Shown: positions 34,542 to 43,290 of the stretch, piece after piece
Numbering within the stretch: the first letter of the stretch is position 1
How the letters are laid out: the number at the start of each line of letters is the position of its first letter
Notes under the pieces: model-generated
Seen by the model: only the letters and a program-made list of their open reading frames with translations
Database searches by the model: none
What the model was told of the DNA's origin: nothing
Source: an uncultured bacterium
Lineage (GTDB): Bacteria; Fidelibacterota; Marinisomatia; SCGC-AAA003-L08; TS1B11
Direction of reading: 5' to 3'
DNA: 50,315 nt
NCBI GenBank assembly: GCA_964595095.1
Contig: CAZQOY010000001.1
Span: 1-50,315, forward strand
Program-made: the position numbers and the translations under genes

Positions 34542-35567
34542 TCACCCCAGCGCCTTCGCCACTATCTCCAGGCTGACTTTGTAGCGGTAGTTGATGCCGA
34601 AGTGACCATTGGAGAACTCCTCGTAATGGTAGGGGATGTCCAGGGCTTTGAGGCGCTCGAGGAATATACGCGCTCCCAGGTGCAAGGCATACTCGTCGCG
34701 TTCGCCGGCATCCAGGTAGAGCAGCTTTAGTCCGCGCAGGGCTTTGGCAAACGGCTCCTGCTCCACCATGCGCACCGGGTCGCGGGCCAGCCAGCGCTCC
34801 CATACCTCGGGCGCCAGCTCCCCCGTGGGCAGCTCGAAGGGGAGGCGGGGCTGGTTCCCCTCACCGGAGGAAAGCCCTTCGAAGTCCGGCGAATAGGCCG
34901 CGGCCATGGCGATGATGTTCAGGGTGGGGATAAGGGGCCCTTTCTTCGTGGCCCCGTCGAATTCTTTAAGGAAGCCCTCCACGCCCCCATATTGGTTCAG
35001 GGCATCAACCGTCCTGGGGAAGTCCCGCAGATAGGCGTACTCGAAGTACAGGTCACCACTGTGGCAGGCCGCCGCAGCGAAGAGGTCGGGGTGCTTCATG
35101 GCCAGGGTAAGGGCTCCGTAGCCCCCGCTGGACTTGCCGATGATTCCGCGGCGTTCACTTTCCGCTAGAGTGCGCAGCTCACCATCCACAAAGGGGATGA
35201 CTTCTCTGGCGAGGTAGTCCTCGTAGGGGCCCGTGGCAGGCGAGTTGACGTACTGGCTGCCCCCCAGGCGGGTGAAGCAGTCGGGCATAACCAGGATGAC
35301 CGGCGGGCAGCCGTTGCGCACAATCAGGTCGTCTATCTGCTCGGGGAGGCTTTCCTCCCACACCGAGAAGCCGGCCATGTTCAGGCCGGTGCCGGTAAAG
35401 CCCGCCAGGGCGTATATCACCGGGTAGCGTGTATCACTCTCATCATAGCCCGGCGGCAGGTAGACGGGGAAGGTGCGCACGTGGGGGTCGCCCAGGGGGT
35501 TGCCCTTGAGCAGAGCGCTGTCCAGGGTCAGGTGCTTAACGTAGCCGGATAGGGAGCGGTTGTACAT
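34542..35567 (-). CDS. putative esterase (esterase D / enterochelin-esterase-like alpha/beta hydrolase)
   Basis: YPVIYALAGF, nucleophile elbow GKSSGGYGAL, and the ..CHSGD.. pattern of the PF00756-type esterases. Confidence 0.8.
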   Translation of the reverse strand: MYNRSLSGYVKHLTLDSALLKGNPLGDPHVRTFPVYLPPGYDESDTRYPVIYALAGFTGTGLNMAGFSVWEESLPEQIDDLIVRNGCPPVILVMPDCFTRLGGSQYVNSPATGPYEDYLAREVIPFVDGELRTLAESERRGIIGKSSGGYGALTLAMKHPDLFAAAACHSGDLYFEYAYLRDFPRTVDALNQYGGVEGFLKEFDGATKKGPLIPTLNIIAMAAAYSPDFEGLSSGEGNQPRLPFELPTGELAPEVWERWLARDPVRMVEQEPFAKALRGLKLLYLDAGERDEYALHLGARIFLERLKALDIPYHYEEFSNGHFGINYRYKVSLEIVAKALG

Positions 35568-35580
35568 GGGACCTCGGGAA

Positions 35581-35711
35581 TGATGAATGTTGAATGGGAT
35601 TGTCCGTGGTTAGTTGTCTGTGGTCCGTTGCTGATGGCTGATCGCTGATCCGCCAGCTGGCGGACTGATCGCTGACTGCTCGAAACCAGGAACTCGAAAC
35701 TCGAAACTCAT
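35581..35711. repeat. 131-nt phase-locked heptanucleotide mosaic tract
   Basis: One reading phase gives tgatgaa tgttgaa tgggatt gtccgtg gttagtt gtctgtg gtccgtt gctgatg gctgatc gctgatc cgccagc tggcgga ctgatcg ctgactg ctcgaaa ccaggaa ctcgaaa ctcgaaa ctcattt. Confidence 0.85.
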
Positions 35712-35780
35712 TTACTCCCACACCCCCGGAATAGCCGTCCCGCAGTTAGGGGAGGCATCGTCGGGTGTTTTTCGAGAGGA
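35712..35780 (-). pseudogene. displaced 3'-terminal fragment of an AmmeMemoRadiSam radical SAM gene
   Basis: The reverse strand translates to VSSRKTPDDASPNCGTAIPGVWE*, versus the intact gene end ..LTPDGKCPECGTAIPGVWE* at 37250. The 18-mer ttactcccacacccccgg is identical at 35712-35729 and 37250-37267. Confidence 0.65.
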
Positions 35781-35786
35781 TACGCT

Positions 35787-36923
35787 CTAGCCTACCCCTA
35801 GTTTGTGGAGCCAGATTCGGAAGAATCGATCAGCTATGATAGGCGAACCGTTGTCATAGTCGATAACATCACGCTCTAAAAGCGACTGAACGACTCTCTG
35901 TACATTCGAAGGACTCCCTAAGCCATAGCTCTGAATAAAGTCAGCTTCAAAGGGCCTAATTCTACCCGGCTCGTTTGCCAAACCCTTCAAAAAACGCCGC
36001 TGATTCATAGAGAATGATTCCCAGAGGAGTATATAGGCCGTACTCTCACGGTCAAGTAGCGTCTGAACTGCAGCCTCTATCAAATCTGCAGTAACTTCGT
36101 TTGGCTCCTCACACAATTCCCAAAGAACATGACACAGATGCTGGGTATAGAACGGATGCCCTTCGGTTAGGACACAAACTGAACGAATTTGTTTATCGGT
36201 AATCCCTTTGCCCGCATCCTGGAATCTTTTCCGAATGAATGGTAGCCAATGCTTTTCTTTAATGGGACCTAATGGATAATGTCCGGCGGCTCGATAAAGT
36301 GGATGTGATTTGTCGAGAAACATTCTTTTTATCAAGTGTTTCCTGCTGCCGAGAAAAATGTATGATACATTTTCATGCGTCTGGATAATACTCCGCAAGT
36401 ACCTTTCAACAAAATCGCTACCGTACTCTAAAATCTGCTGAAACTCATCAAAGACGATCACTGCATTATGCTTGCGCTTAGCGGCAATTTTAGCTGGAGC
36501 TGCAAGCGCTTCCTCCAGTGATGCCTCCTGTCCGCTTTCTCTCCTGATCCCAAATGTGACCACCGGTCTACCTTCATCGTCAACGGTTACGCTGGGTGCC
36601 AGCTGCCGGAAGAACGCCTTCGCCACATCGAGCATTTTATCAGCAGTCGTGCTCATAGACTGTACAATTGCTTTCGCGGTAGCAGTCGTAAAGGATAGTT
36701 CTCCGTCTGTAGGCAACAGGTCCACGTAGGCACTTAGATATTGTTTTCCCGGCAGTCCTTGAAGAGCCCGCAGGATCAACGAGGTCTTCCCAATTCTCCG
36801 TTCTGAGTAGAGAAACATATTTTGACCATTCTTCATGGCCCCTACCAAGTCTGAAAGTTCATTCTTACGGTTACAGAATGAATCCCCACTGATGACGCTG
36901 CCATATTTAAATGGATTCTTCAT
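35787..36923 (-). CDS. Arch_ATPase-type AAA/STAND-like ATPase with C-terminal winged-helix-like region
   Basis: FCNRKNELSDL...FLYSERRIGKTSL (Walker A), NAVIVFDEFQ (Walker B), and C-terminal GSPSNVQRVVQSLLERDVI. Low GC, about 38% on one hand-counted line. Confidence 0.8.
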   Translation of the reverse strand: MKNPFKYGSVISGDSFCNRKNELSDLVGAMKNGQNMFLYSERRIGKTSLILRALQGLPGKQYLSAYVDLLPTDGELSFTTATAKAIVQSMSTTADKMLDVAKAFFRQLAPSVTVDDEGRPVVTFGIRRESGQEASLEEALAAPAKIAAKRKHNAVIVFDEFQQILEYGSDFVERYLRSIIQTHENVSYIFLGSRKHLIKRMFLDKSHPLYRAAGHYPLGPIKEKHWLPFIRKRFQDAGKGITDKQIRSVCVLTEGHPFYTQHLCHVLWELCEEPNEVTADLIEAAVQTLLDRESTAYILLWESFSMNQRRFLKGLANEPGRIRPFEADFIQSYGLGSPSNVQRVVQSLLERDVIDYDNGSPIIADRFFRIWLHKLGVG

Positions 36924-37016
36924 GTTGTCTGTCTTACATAGGATACTTTGTGTAATCTAGTCTTAAGAGCTGCCTCTTGAATAGATTGTACTGGAATTAG
37001 AGATAATAAATCTTGT

Positions 37017-37145
37017 ATTACGCAACGAGCGTAACGCATCATGCGTAGTTTAACTCCATTACGCAACGTTTAAAACAATTTGATGCTGGGATTAGAGCCA
37101 GCAGATTTAGCATTACGCACCATGCGTAACGCACCATGCGTAATC
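37017..37145. repeat. array of TTACGCA / TGCGTAA heptamers and palindromes upstream of the ATPase gene
   Basis: TTACGCA at 37018 and 37059. ACGCATCATGCGT at 37034-37046. TTACGCA-CCA-TGCGTAA at 37113-37129, immediately duplicated (cgcaccatgcgtaa x2) to 37144. Confidence 0.8.
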
Positions 37146-37249
37146 TGACTTGTGCCGGGCTGACCGCTGACTTGTCCGGCGTAGCGAAGCGCAGACGGAT
37201 CGCTGATCGCTGAATGCTCGAAACTCGAAACTCGGAACTCGCAACTAAC
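37146..37249. repeat. mosaic repeat tract (CTGACTTGTSCCGG x2, then 7-nt phase-locked units)
   Basis: ctgacttgtgccggg / ctgacttgtccggcg, then ggatcgc tgatcgc tgaatgc tcgaaac tcgaaac tcggaac tcgcaac. 37164-37183 recurs at 44395-44412, and 37203-37224 recurs at 35665-35686 (21/22). Confidence 0.85.
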
Positions 37250-38329
37250 TTACTCCCACACCCCCGGTATGGCTGTCCCACACTCAGGGCATTTGCCGTC
37301 AGGGGTGAGGTGGTTGTCAAGGATGTAGTAGCCCACGCGGCGGATGAGGGGGGCGTCACAGCCGGGGCAGCAGGTGTTCTCCATTTCCGGTACTTCACCG
37401 GGCAGGTTGCCGCCGTAGACGTAGTTCAATCCCGCCTGGCGGCCCAGGTCCCAGGCCCGCAGCAGCTGCCGGACGGAGGTGTTCTTCTCACGGAGGAGCT
37501 TGTAGTCCCGGTGAAAGGCCGTTACGTGCCAGGGGATGTCCGGCGAGACACCGGCGATGAAGGCCGCGATGGATTGCAGTTCCTCGTCCGAGTCGTTCAG
37601 GCCAGGGACTACCAGGGTGACCACCTCTACCCAGAAACCCAGGTCCCAGGCCCGCTGGATGGAATCCAGCACGTTGTACAGCACGCCGCCCAGCTGGCGG
37701 TAGGTGCGGTCGTTCATGGACTTGAGGTCCACCTTGAAACCGTCGGTGTGAGGGCGGAGGTAGTCCAACACCTCCGGGGTGGCGTTGCCGTTGGAGACAC
37801 AGGCGGTTCTGAGACCGGCTTCCCGGGCCTGTTTGAAGATCTCCACAGCCCACTCGGCGGTGATCAGGGGCTCATTGTAGGAGCTTACCACGGCGCTGGA
37901 GCGGGCACGCCGGGCCGTTTCCACCACCTGCTCAGCGGTGATCTCGTCGGGAGGGATGCTCGCCCGCTCGTCCCGCAGGGCCTGCGAGCTAAGCCAGTTC
38001 TGGCAGAATGGGCAGTGCAGGCAGCAACCCAGCATACCGAAGGTGAGGGCGTTGGTGCCGGGGAGAAAATGGTAGAAGGGCTTCTTCTCGATGGGATCGT
38101 TGTGCAGACCCGCCACGTAGCCGTAGGGTGCCTTGAGAGTGCCACCGTCGTTGTAGCGCACCAGGCATATCCCGCGGCGGCCGTCGGGGATGCGGCAGCG
38201 GTGCCCACAGGCCAGGCAGCGGACGCGGTTCTCTTCCAGCTGCTCCACCAGCTGCGCCGGCCGGGTCAGCCGGTCGAGGGTGGCCTGTAAGCTGGAGGCC
38301 GCAGTAGTTCGGGTGTTGGATACGGGCAT
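37250..38329 (-). CDS. amrS: AmmeMemoRadiSam system radical SAM enzyme
   Basis: N-terminal VRCLACGHRCRIPDGRRGIC, radical SAM cluster GCCLHCPFCQNW, and C-terminal zinc-ribbon-like CPGC...CPECG. Confidence 0.85.
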   Translation of the reverse strand: MPVSNTRTTAASSLQATLDRLTRPAQLVEQLEENRVRCLACGHRCRIPDGRRGICLVRYNDGGTLKAPYGYVAGLHNDPIEKKPFYHFLPGTNALTFGMLGCCLHCPFCQNWLSSQALRDERASIPPDEITAEQVVETARRARSSAVVSSYNEPLITAEWAVEIFKQAREAGLRTACVSNGNATPEVLDYLRPHTDGFKVDLKSMNDRTYRQLGGVLYNVLDSIQRAWDLGFWVEVVTLVVPGLNDSDEELQSIAAFIAGVSPDIPWHVTAFHRDYKLLREKNTSVRQLLRAWDLGRQAGLNYVYGGNLPGEVPEMENTCCPGCDAPLIRRVGYYILDNHLTPDGKCPECGTAIPGVWE

Positions 38330-38505
38330 GATGCAATAGCCGCTTAGAGTTGCATACTAACCGCCAAGAAAATGGGCTGATGTTATAGGGTAATACCTGA
38401 ACGGGAAAATGTCAAGGGTGATAAATCGCCGCCCGCAAGAGCTCAGCAGCTTTTCAATATCGGCCCCGATCCGGCGGGTCCAGGCGCAGCTGAGGGCTGC
38501 CGCTT

Positions 38506-38997
38506 TCAAGCCGATCCTCGATGTCGGAGCAGCCGGATGATCCCGGCCGGGAGATTCAGCCCGGGCACGGAGGCTTTATAGAAGTGATAGGGCACACCGA
38601 ATTTCTCGATCAGGCGCTTGTCCTCCTGGGAGGCAATAAAACAAAGACAAACCATCCCCGCCAGGCCCGCGATCCCCTGCGGCCAGTGTGGATTGAACAG
38701 AAAAACGGCCAGGTACATCAACAGCCAGCCCAGGTACTGGGGGTGCCGGACGGCGGCGTAGAGGCCGGTGCTGACCATGGTATGAGTCTCGGCAAAACTT
38801 TTCCCTTTCGGGACATTACCCTTTGCACGCAAAACGTACATTGGAATGAACAGCAGGACTATGCTCACGATCCAGACGGCCCATGCTATGTAGTTGAGCC
38901 AAATATAATCAACAGACTTATCCAGAAACACCACCAGCAGGAATTCCGCCAGCAGCAGGACAGCCGCGACGTAGTATAAAAAGCCGTGTTTCATCAC
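38506..38997 (-). CDS. isoprenylcysteine carboxyl / phospholipid methyltransferase-family membrane protein
   Basis: Multi-TM, with TGLYAAVRHPQYLGWLLMYLAVFL (RHP.Y.G signature). Confidence 0.75.
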   Translation of the reverse strand: MMKHGFLYYVAAVLLLAEFLLVVFLDKSVDYIWLNYIAWAVWIVSIVLLFIPMYVLRAKGNVPKGKSFAETHTMVSTGLYAAVRHPQYLGWLLMYLAVFLFNPHWPQGIAGLAGMVCLCFIASQEDKRLIEKFGVPYHFYKASVPGLNLPAGIIRLLRHRGSA

Positions 38998-39307
38998 CGA
39001 TCCTTTAACGTGGTACGCAATTTACAGACCATCGACCCCGTTTTACGGCGTTTATGCCGCTTATCCTTGCGCAAACTTAGGGGCCTGGCCGCTCTCCTAT
39101 AACTGTTTCCCCCCTTTGAGATCAGAAGCAGCGTGCGCTAAGCGTCAATGGTACAACGGGGTGAAAGGGCAGCTTTGGCCGATTGAGCTTCCCCCAATTC
39201 CTAGATAGATTTTACACTGAAATAAGATAGTTTTCACCAACCTTAGCCGAATGTCCCGGAAAGGGATCTCTTCGGGACAGGTAAACTTCTTCGTATTTCA
39301 CCTCTCG

Positions 39308-40723
39308 TTAGTCGGGAGCCACTTCCTGGAGCCACTTCCTATGCTCGCGGATGATGTCGGCATATTCGGATTTCGTCGCGAGGTTTGTCCACTCCCAGGG
39401 ATCGTTGGTGTGGTCGTAAAGTTCCTCGGTACCGTCACTGTAGCGTATGTACCGCCACCGGTCGGATCGTACGGCGTGGTTGCCTTTTCCCATGGTCATC
39501 AATGCCGGATGCCAGTTCCGCGTGGGATCCTTGAGCAACGGAACGAGGCTCGTGCCGTCAAGGTCCTTTTTCGGCGGGAGCCCGGCCAGTTCGACGAGTG
39601 TGGGGTAGATGTCAATCAGCCCGACCGGTCTGTCGCAACGGCTGCCGGGACGGGTCACGCCGGGCGCAACGATAATGAACGGTACGCGGTTGGCTTTTTC
39701 CCAGAGTGTAAACTTTACGCACGACTCCTTGTCGCCGAGATGATAGCCGTGATCCGCCCACAGAACGATGATAGTATTGTCCGCCTTTCCCGTCGCATCT
39801 AGCTTGTCCACCAGACGTCCCACCATCTCGTCGGCAAAGTCTGCGGACGCTTGGTAGCACTGAACCATCTTCTTGAGACTTCCGGGGCTTCGTTCCGGTT
39901 GGGCCACCGTCGTTCGATAGACGAAACCCTCCGTGTGTGCCATTCTCACGCCTATCGGCGGGACGTCATCGAGATCGTTCTCCTTCATTGGCGGCAACTC
40001 GGTCTCATCAAACGGATACTTTTTAAACGTCTCGGGTGGTGCGTAGAAAGGAAGATGGGGCTTGAATATTCCAGCGGCCAGGAAAATCGGTTCCAGTTCG
40101 TCACGATCCATGACGGCTTCACACCACTCTACGGTGTCGAGATCGATCATCTTCTGCCGATGCTCGCCCCAGTCGAACCAGAACGATCCCAGTTCACCCT
40201 CGGTATAACCGGTGTAGTTCTTCTCGGGATGGCGCGCGAGGAGCATGGGAAAAAACTCCTGGAAGGGTTGTCCCGGAATATCCCCACGACCTCCTCCTGC
40301 TGCGTTATTATGATCCCAGACTTTGCCGGCACCACGGGTCCGGTAACCGTTGAACATGAAGTAACGGGGTAGGGTAGTAACGTCGTCGGGCACCGTCCTC
40401 CAGCCATACGCGCCGCTGGTCGTCTTCCAAGGCCTCAGTCCCGTCAGCACCGCTGCTCGGGACGGACCGCATATCGGCGCAGCACAGTAACCCCGGGTGA
40501 AAAACATCCCGCGTTTGGCCAGCCGCACAATATTGGGAGTCTAGATCGGGTTCTGTGGGTCGAACACCGTTGTCCAGTCGTTCATGTCGTCTATCGCGAT
40601 GAACAACACGTTTGGCCGTTTGCCTCCAGGCCAACCGCCGGTCATCAGGTAACCGGGGTAAGCCAAGCCGGCCATTCCGACCGAGAGGTATCTCAGAAAA
40701 CCGCGCCGATTCATCTGTTCCAT
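39308..40723 (-). pseudogene. sulfatase (formylglycine type, Tat-like signal) interrupted by one in-frame TAG
   Basis: ORFs 40541..40723 and 39308..40528 are in the same frame: ..NVLFIAIDDMNDWTTVFDPQNPI*TPNIVRLAKRGMFFTRGYCAAPICGPSRAAVLTG. The TAG at 40543-40541 sits where sulfatases usually have K/H/R before TPN(I/L)D. Confidence 0.8.
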
Positions 40724-40835
40724 GCTTGACTCTCCTGTTTTTACCTTTCTCTTGCGGTTATTATTAGGACCGCGGATTCTAAGCCATCGGAAGAGGCGGT
40801 AAGCTTGATCGTGCCCGGAATACGTTCAACGCTAA

Positions 40836-40920
40836 CAGCGCGCAGCCCAACGACGGCTCAAAGCCGCGAAGTTACCCATCATCAAGACGCTTGATACATT
40901 CGAGTTCACCGCCCAGCCCA
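40836..40920 (+). mobile_element. IS21-family IstB helper-ATPase relic (about 28 codons)
   Basis: Plus-strand frame QRAAQRRLKAAKLPIIKTLDTFEFTAQP matches the IstB N-terminal signature RRLK.A.FP..KTLE.FDF..QP. No ATPase domain follows. Confidence 0.45.
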
Positions 40921-41002
40921 GAAACACCCCCGTTGATTTCTTGCGCCATCGGCCGGCACGCGCCAAATCCGTCTAAGGCGACATGCATCAAAACTGCTTC
41001 AC

Positions 41003-43237
41003 TCAGTTCCAGATTGACTTTAGCTCGCGGACCTTAAGTGAACCGATTTTGATGTTGCCGCCTTTTGTGAAGACTTCAAGCCCTTTTTCGTCTCCCTTGG
41101 GGATCGCACGGACCGGCATGTATAGCCTACCGCCGTTGGCAAAGATCTCAATCGAAACCCGGTCGACCAGGATGCGCAGCCGGATCTTCCCCTCGACAGG
41201 TTTGAGTTCTGCCGTCGGGCGTCCACGTCTCCGTCCAGGGGCAACGGGAACAACTCCGGATGACAACTCGTTGTCATCTACGTTGTATACAACCGGCACA
41301 CCATTGAGCACAAATCCGAATTCATCCGCTTCACCGATCTCGAACTCCGCATCAATATCAAAAAGTTCACCCTCTACGTTGGAGAGAATGTTCTGTCCCG
41401 GTTTGAGTTGTGTGTCAATCCAGATGTGTTCCTTTCCGTAGATTTTCTCGATCTCTTCCACCGGATAGGGAAACATTCGCAGCCCTTCGTCAGTTGTGCG
41501 CAGCGTAAGCTCCACAGGGAACATCATTTGCTGGTTGAACGGCATGTCTTGCATCGGGACCGTCCCCCATGCCATCTGGATGCGTCGGCCATCTTCTTCG
41601 GGCATATTGCTGAACGTCTGCGACGCGTAGAAACAGTTGCCGTAGCTGTACCGTATCGCCTGGGTCTCGGGCGTGTACTTCTTGCCGTCGAAATCACCCA
41701 CGAAATACGCGCCGTTGCCACCGTATAGAATCCATTTTTTGTTCCGCTCGTCGCCGTCAACGGGCAACTGGAACAGTTCCGGACAGTCGGAGAAGGAGCG
41801 GGTTTCTAACTCGCTCTGGAACTCCCACGATTTAAGGTCCTTGGACGTGAAAAATGCCATGGCGCGCCCGACTTGGTGCACGATCACCCATTGGTTGGTT
41901 GGCTCATGCCAGATGGCTTTCGGATCTCGGTTGATGTATTTGATATTTGGCTGGACAGGGTTGCCCTCGTAAGGGGTGAACGTGCGGCCTCGGTCGTTGC
42001 TATATGCAATCGACTGGCTGAAGGGTTTCCCCTCCGACCAGGGACTTCTCTTACCGGCGGATGTATAGACGGCTACGATCGCTTTTTCTTTGCCCGTCTG
42101 GAAGCCGGTAGTGTTGTGCTCGTCCACCACGGCGGAACCCGAATAGATCGTGCCCAGATGGTCCGGATGAATCACGCCGGGCAGCTCGGTCCAATGGACC
42201 AGATCGGTGCTGATCGCATGGCCCCAGGTCTTGTTGTAGTCGTTTCGGCTGTGGTCCCAACCGTAGGGATTGTGCTGATAGTAGAGGTGATACTCACCGT
42301 CGTAGTAGACCAGGCCGTTGGGGTCGTTGATCCATCCCCGTTTGGACGAGAAGTGGAACTGGGGCCTGAGGGCCTCGCGGTAGAGATCGTCCGCGTCGCG
42401 GATGCCGTCTTCGACCGAAATCCGATCAAGGATATGCGGATTACCCAAGGGATGCAGGCGCGTGCGAATGAGCACTTCCTTGCCCAGCCAGGGGCTGAGG
42501 TCGGTGACCACCCAGTAATCGATGTCGTCGGTGGCCAGTTCAACGTCCATGGCGCGCACCTGTTTACCGTCCACAACAAGCTCAATGTAGTGCCGGACTG
42601 CGCCGGTCTTGAGAGGGAAGTTCAGTACGGGTTTCGTAACGGCGATCGTGCGTTCAAGCGGAGGCCGTTCAGCTGGGATGTCGCTCTGAACTATGTGGTC
42701 GACGCTGATGCTTGCCCAGCTACTGTTGTCGACGATCCTAAACCGGCCGGCCTCCCCCTTGAATTCGGTGACGTCCCATGCCTCCCAGAACATGGCGTGA
42801 AACTTGGACGATCGGCTGGATGGGACTGTTGTGCGGACGACTTCATCGTTCACGAGAAGTTGAAAGGCCAAGTCACCCGCGGAACCGTCAACGCCGCTTT
42901 CGGCGGTTCCAAAGAGGAAATGAATCGCATCGCGCTCGATGGTGAATGGGGGCGAAGTGAGCGCGCCGGTTCCGCCCGTGCTTGCCGCGAACCCACTACC
43001 CAGGGCGCCGACCATCCTACCCTGCCTGGGACCTTCTCCGAACGCATCTCCTTCGACCGTCCATTCCCCGTACGATGCCGCCTCGAAATCCTCGATGAGG
43101 ATGATGTCGTCAGCATGACCGGTAATGGCGGACATTGCAGGCGCGAGGCTAATTCTGCCAGCACAACCCCCAAGTGCCAGAATGCCCAGCCCTATAACCA
43201 TATCGTGCAAAAGCTTGCGCCAAGTTTTATTCGCCAT
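41003..43237 (-). CDS. GH32 beta-fructofuranosidase/levanase-like enzyme with N-terminal accessory domain
   Basis: WINDPNGLVYYDGEYHLYYQHNPYG (nucleophile motif), INRDPK (RDP) and FSDCPELF (EC motif). Signal or lipoprotein-like N-terminus ..LALGGCAG. Confidence 0.88.
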   Translation of the reverse strand: MANKTWRKLLHDMVIGLGILALGGCAGRISLAPAMSAITGHADDIILIEDFEAASYGEWTVEGDAFGEGPRQGRMVGALGSGFAASTGGTGALTSPPFTIERDAIHFLFGTAESGVDGSAGDLAFQLLVNDEVVRTTVPSSRSSKFHAMFWEAWDVTEFKGEAGRFRIVDNSSWASISVDHIVQSDIPAERPPLERTIAVTKPVLNFPLKTGAVRHYIELVVDGKQVRAMDVELATDDIDYWVVTDLSPWLGKEVLIRTRLHPLGNPHILDRISVEDGIRDADDLYREALRPQFHFSSKRGWINDPNGLVYYDGEYHLYYQHNPYGWDHSRNDYNKTWGHAISTDLVHWTELPGVIHPDHLGTIYSGSAVVDEHNTTGFQTGKEKAIVAVYTSAGKRSPWSEGKPFSQSIAYSNDRGRTFTPYEGNPVQPNIKYINRDPKAIWHEPTNQWVIVHQVGRAMAFFTSKDLKSWEFQSELETRSFSDCPELFQLPVDGDERNKKWILYGGNGAYFVGDFDGKKYTPETQAIRYSYGNCFYASQTFSNMPEEDGRRIQMAWGTVPMQDMPFNQQMMFPVELTLRTTDEGLRMFPYPVEEIEKIYGKEHIWIDTQLKPGQNILSNVEGELFDIDAEFEIGEADEFGFVLNGVPVVYNVDDNELSSGVVPVAPGRRRGRPTAELKPVEGKIRLRILVDRVSIEIFANGGRLYMPVRAIPKGDEKGLEVFTKGGNIKIGSLKVRELKSIWN

Positions 43238-43290
43238 ATTATTTTCTCCGATCTATTTGCTGACTGTGAAACGAATTTAAGTTACCGAAT

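Noticed and set aside
35536-35721. A 61-aa ORF between the esterase and the ATPase.
   Set aside because: It reads through the phase-locked heptamer tract (SSSWFRAVSDQSASWRISDQPSATDHRQ) and is a low-complexity artefact.
40541-40543. The TAG in the sulfatase as a pyrrolysine codon.
   Set aside because: There are no pyl genes in the window. The position normally holds Lys, His or Arg, which fits a simple AAG-to-TAG mutation. This cannot be fully excluded without the whole genome.
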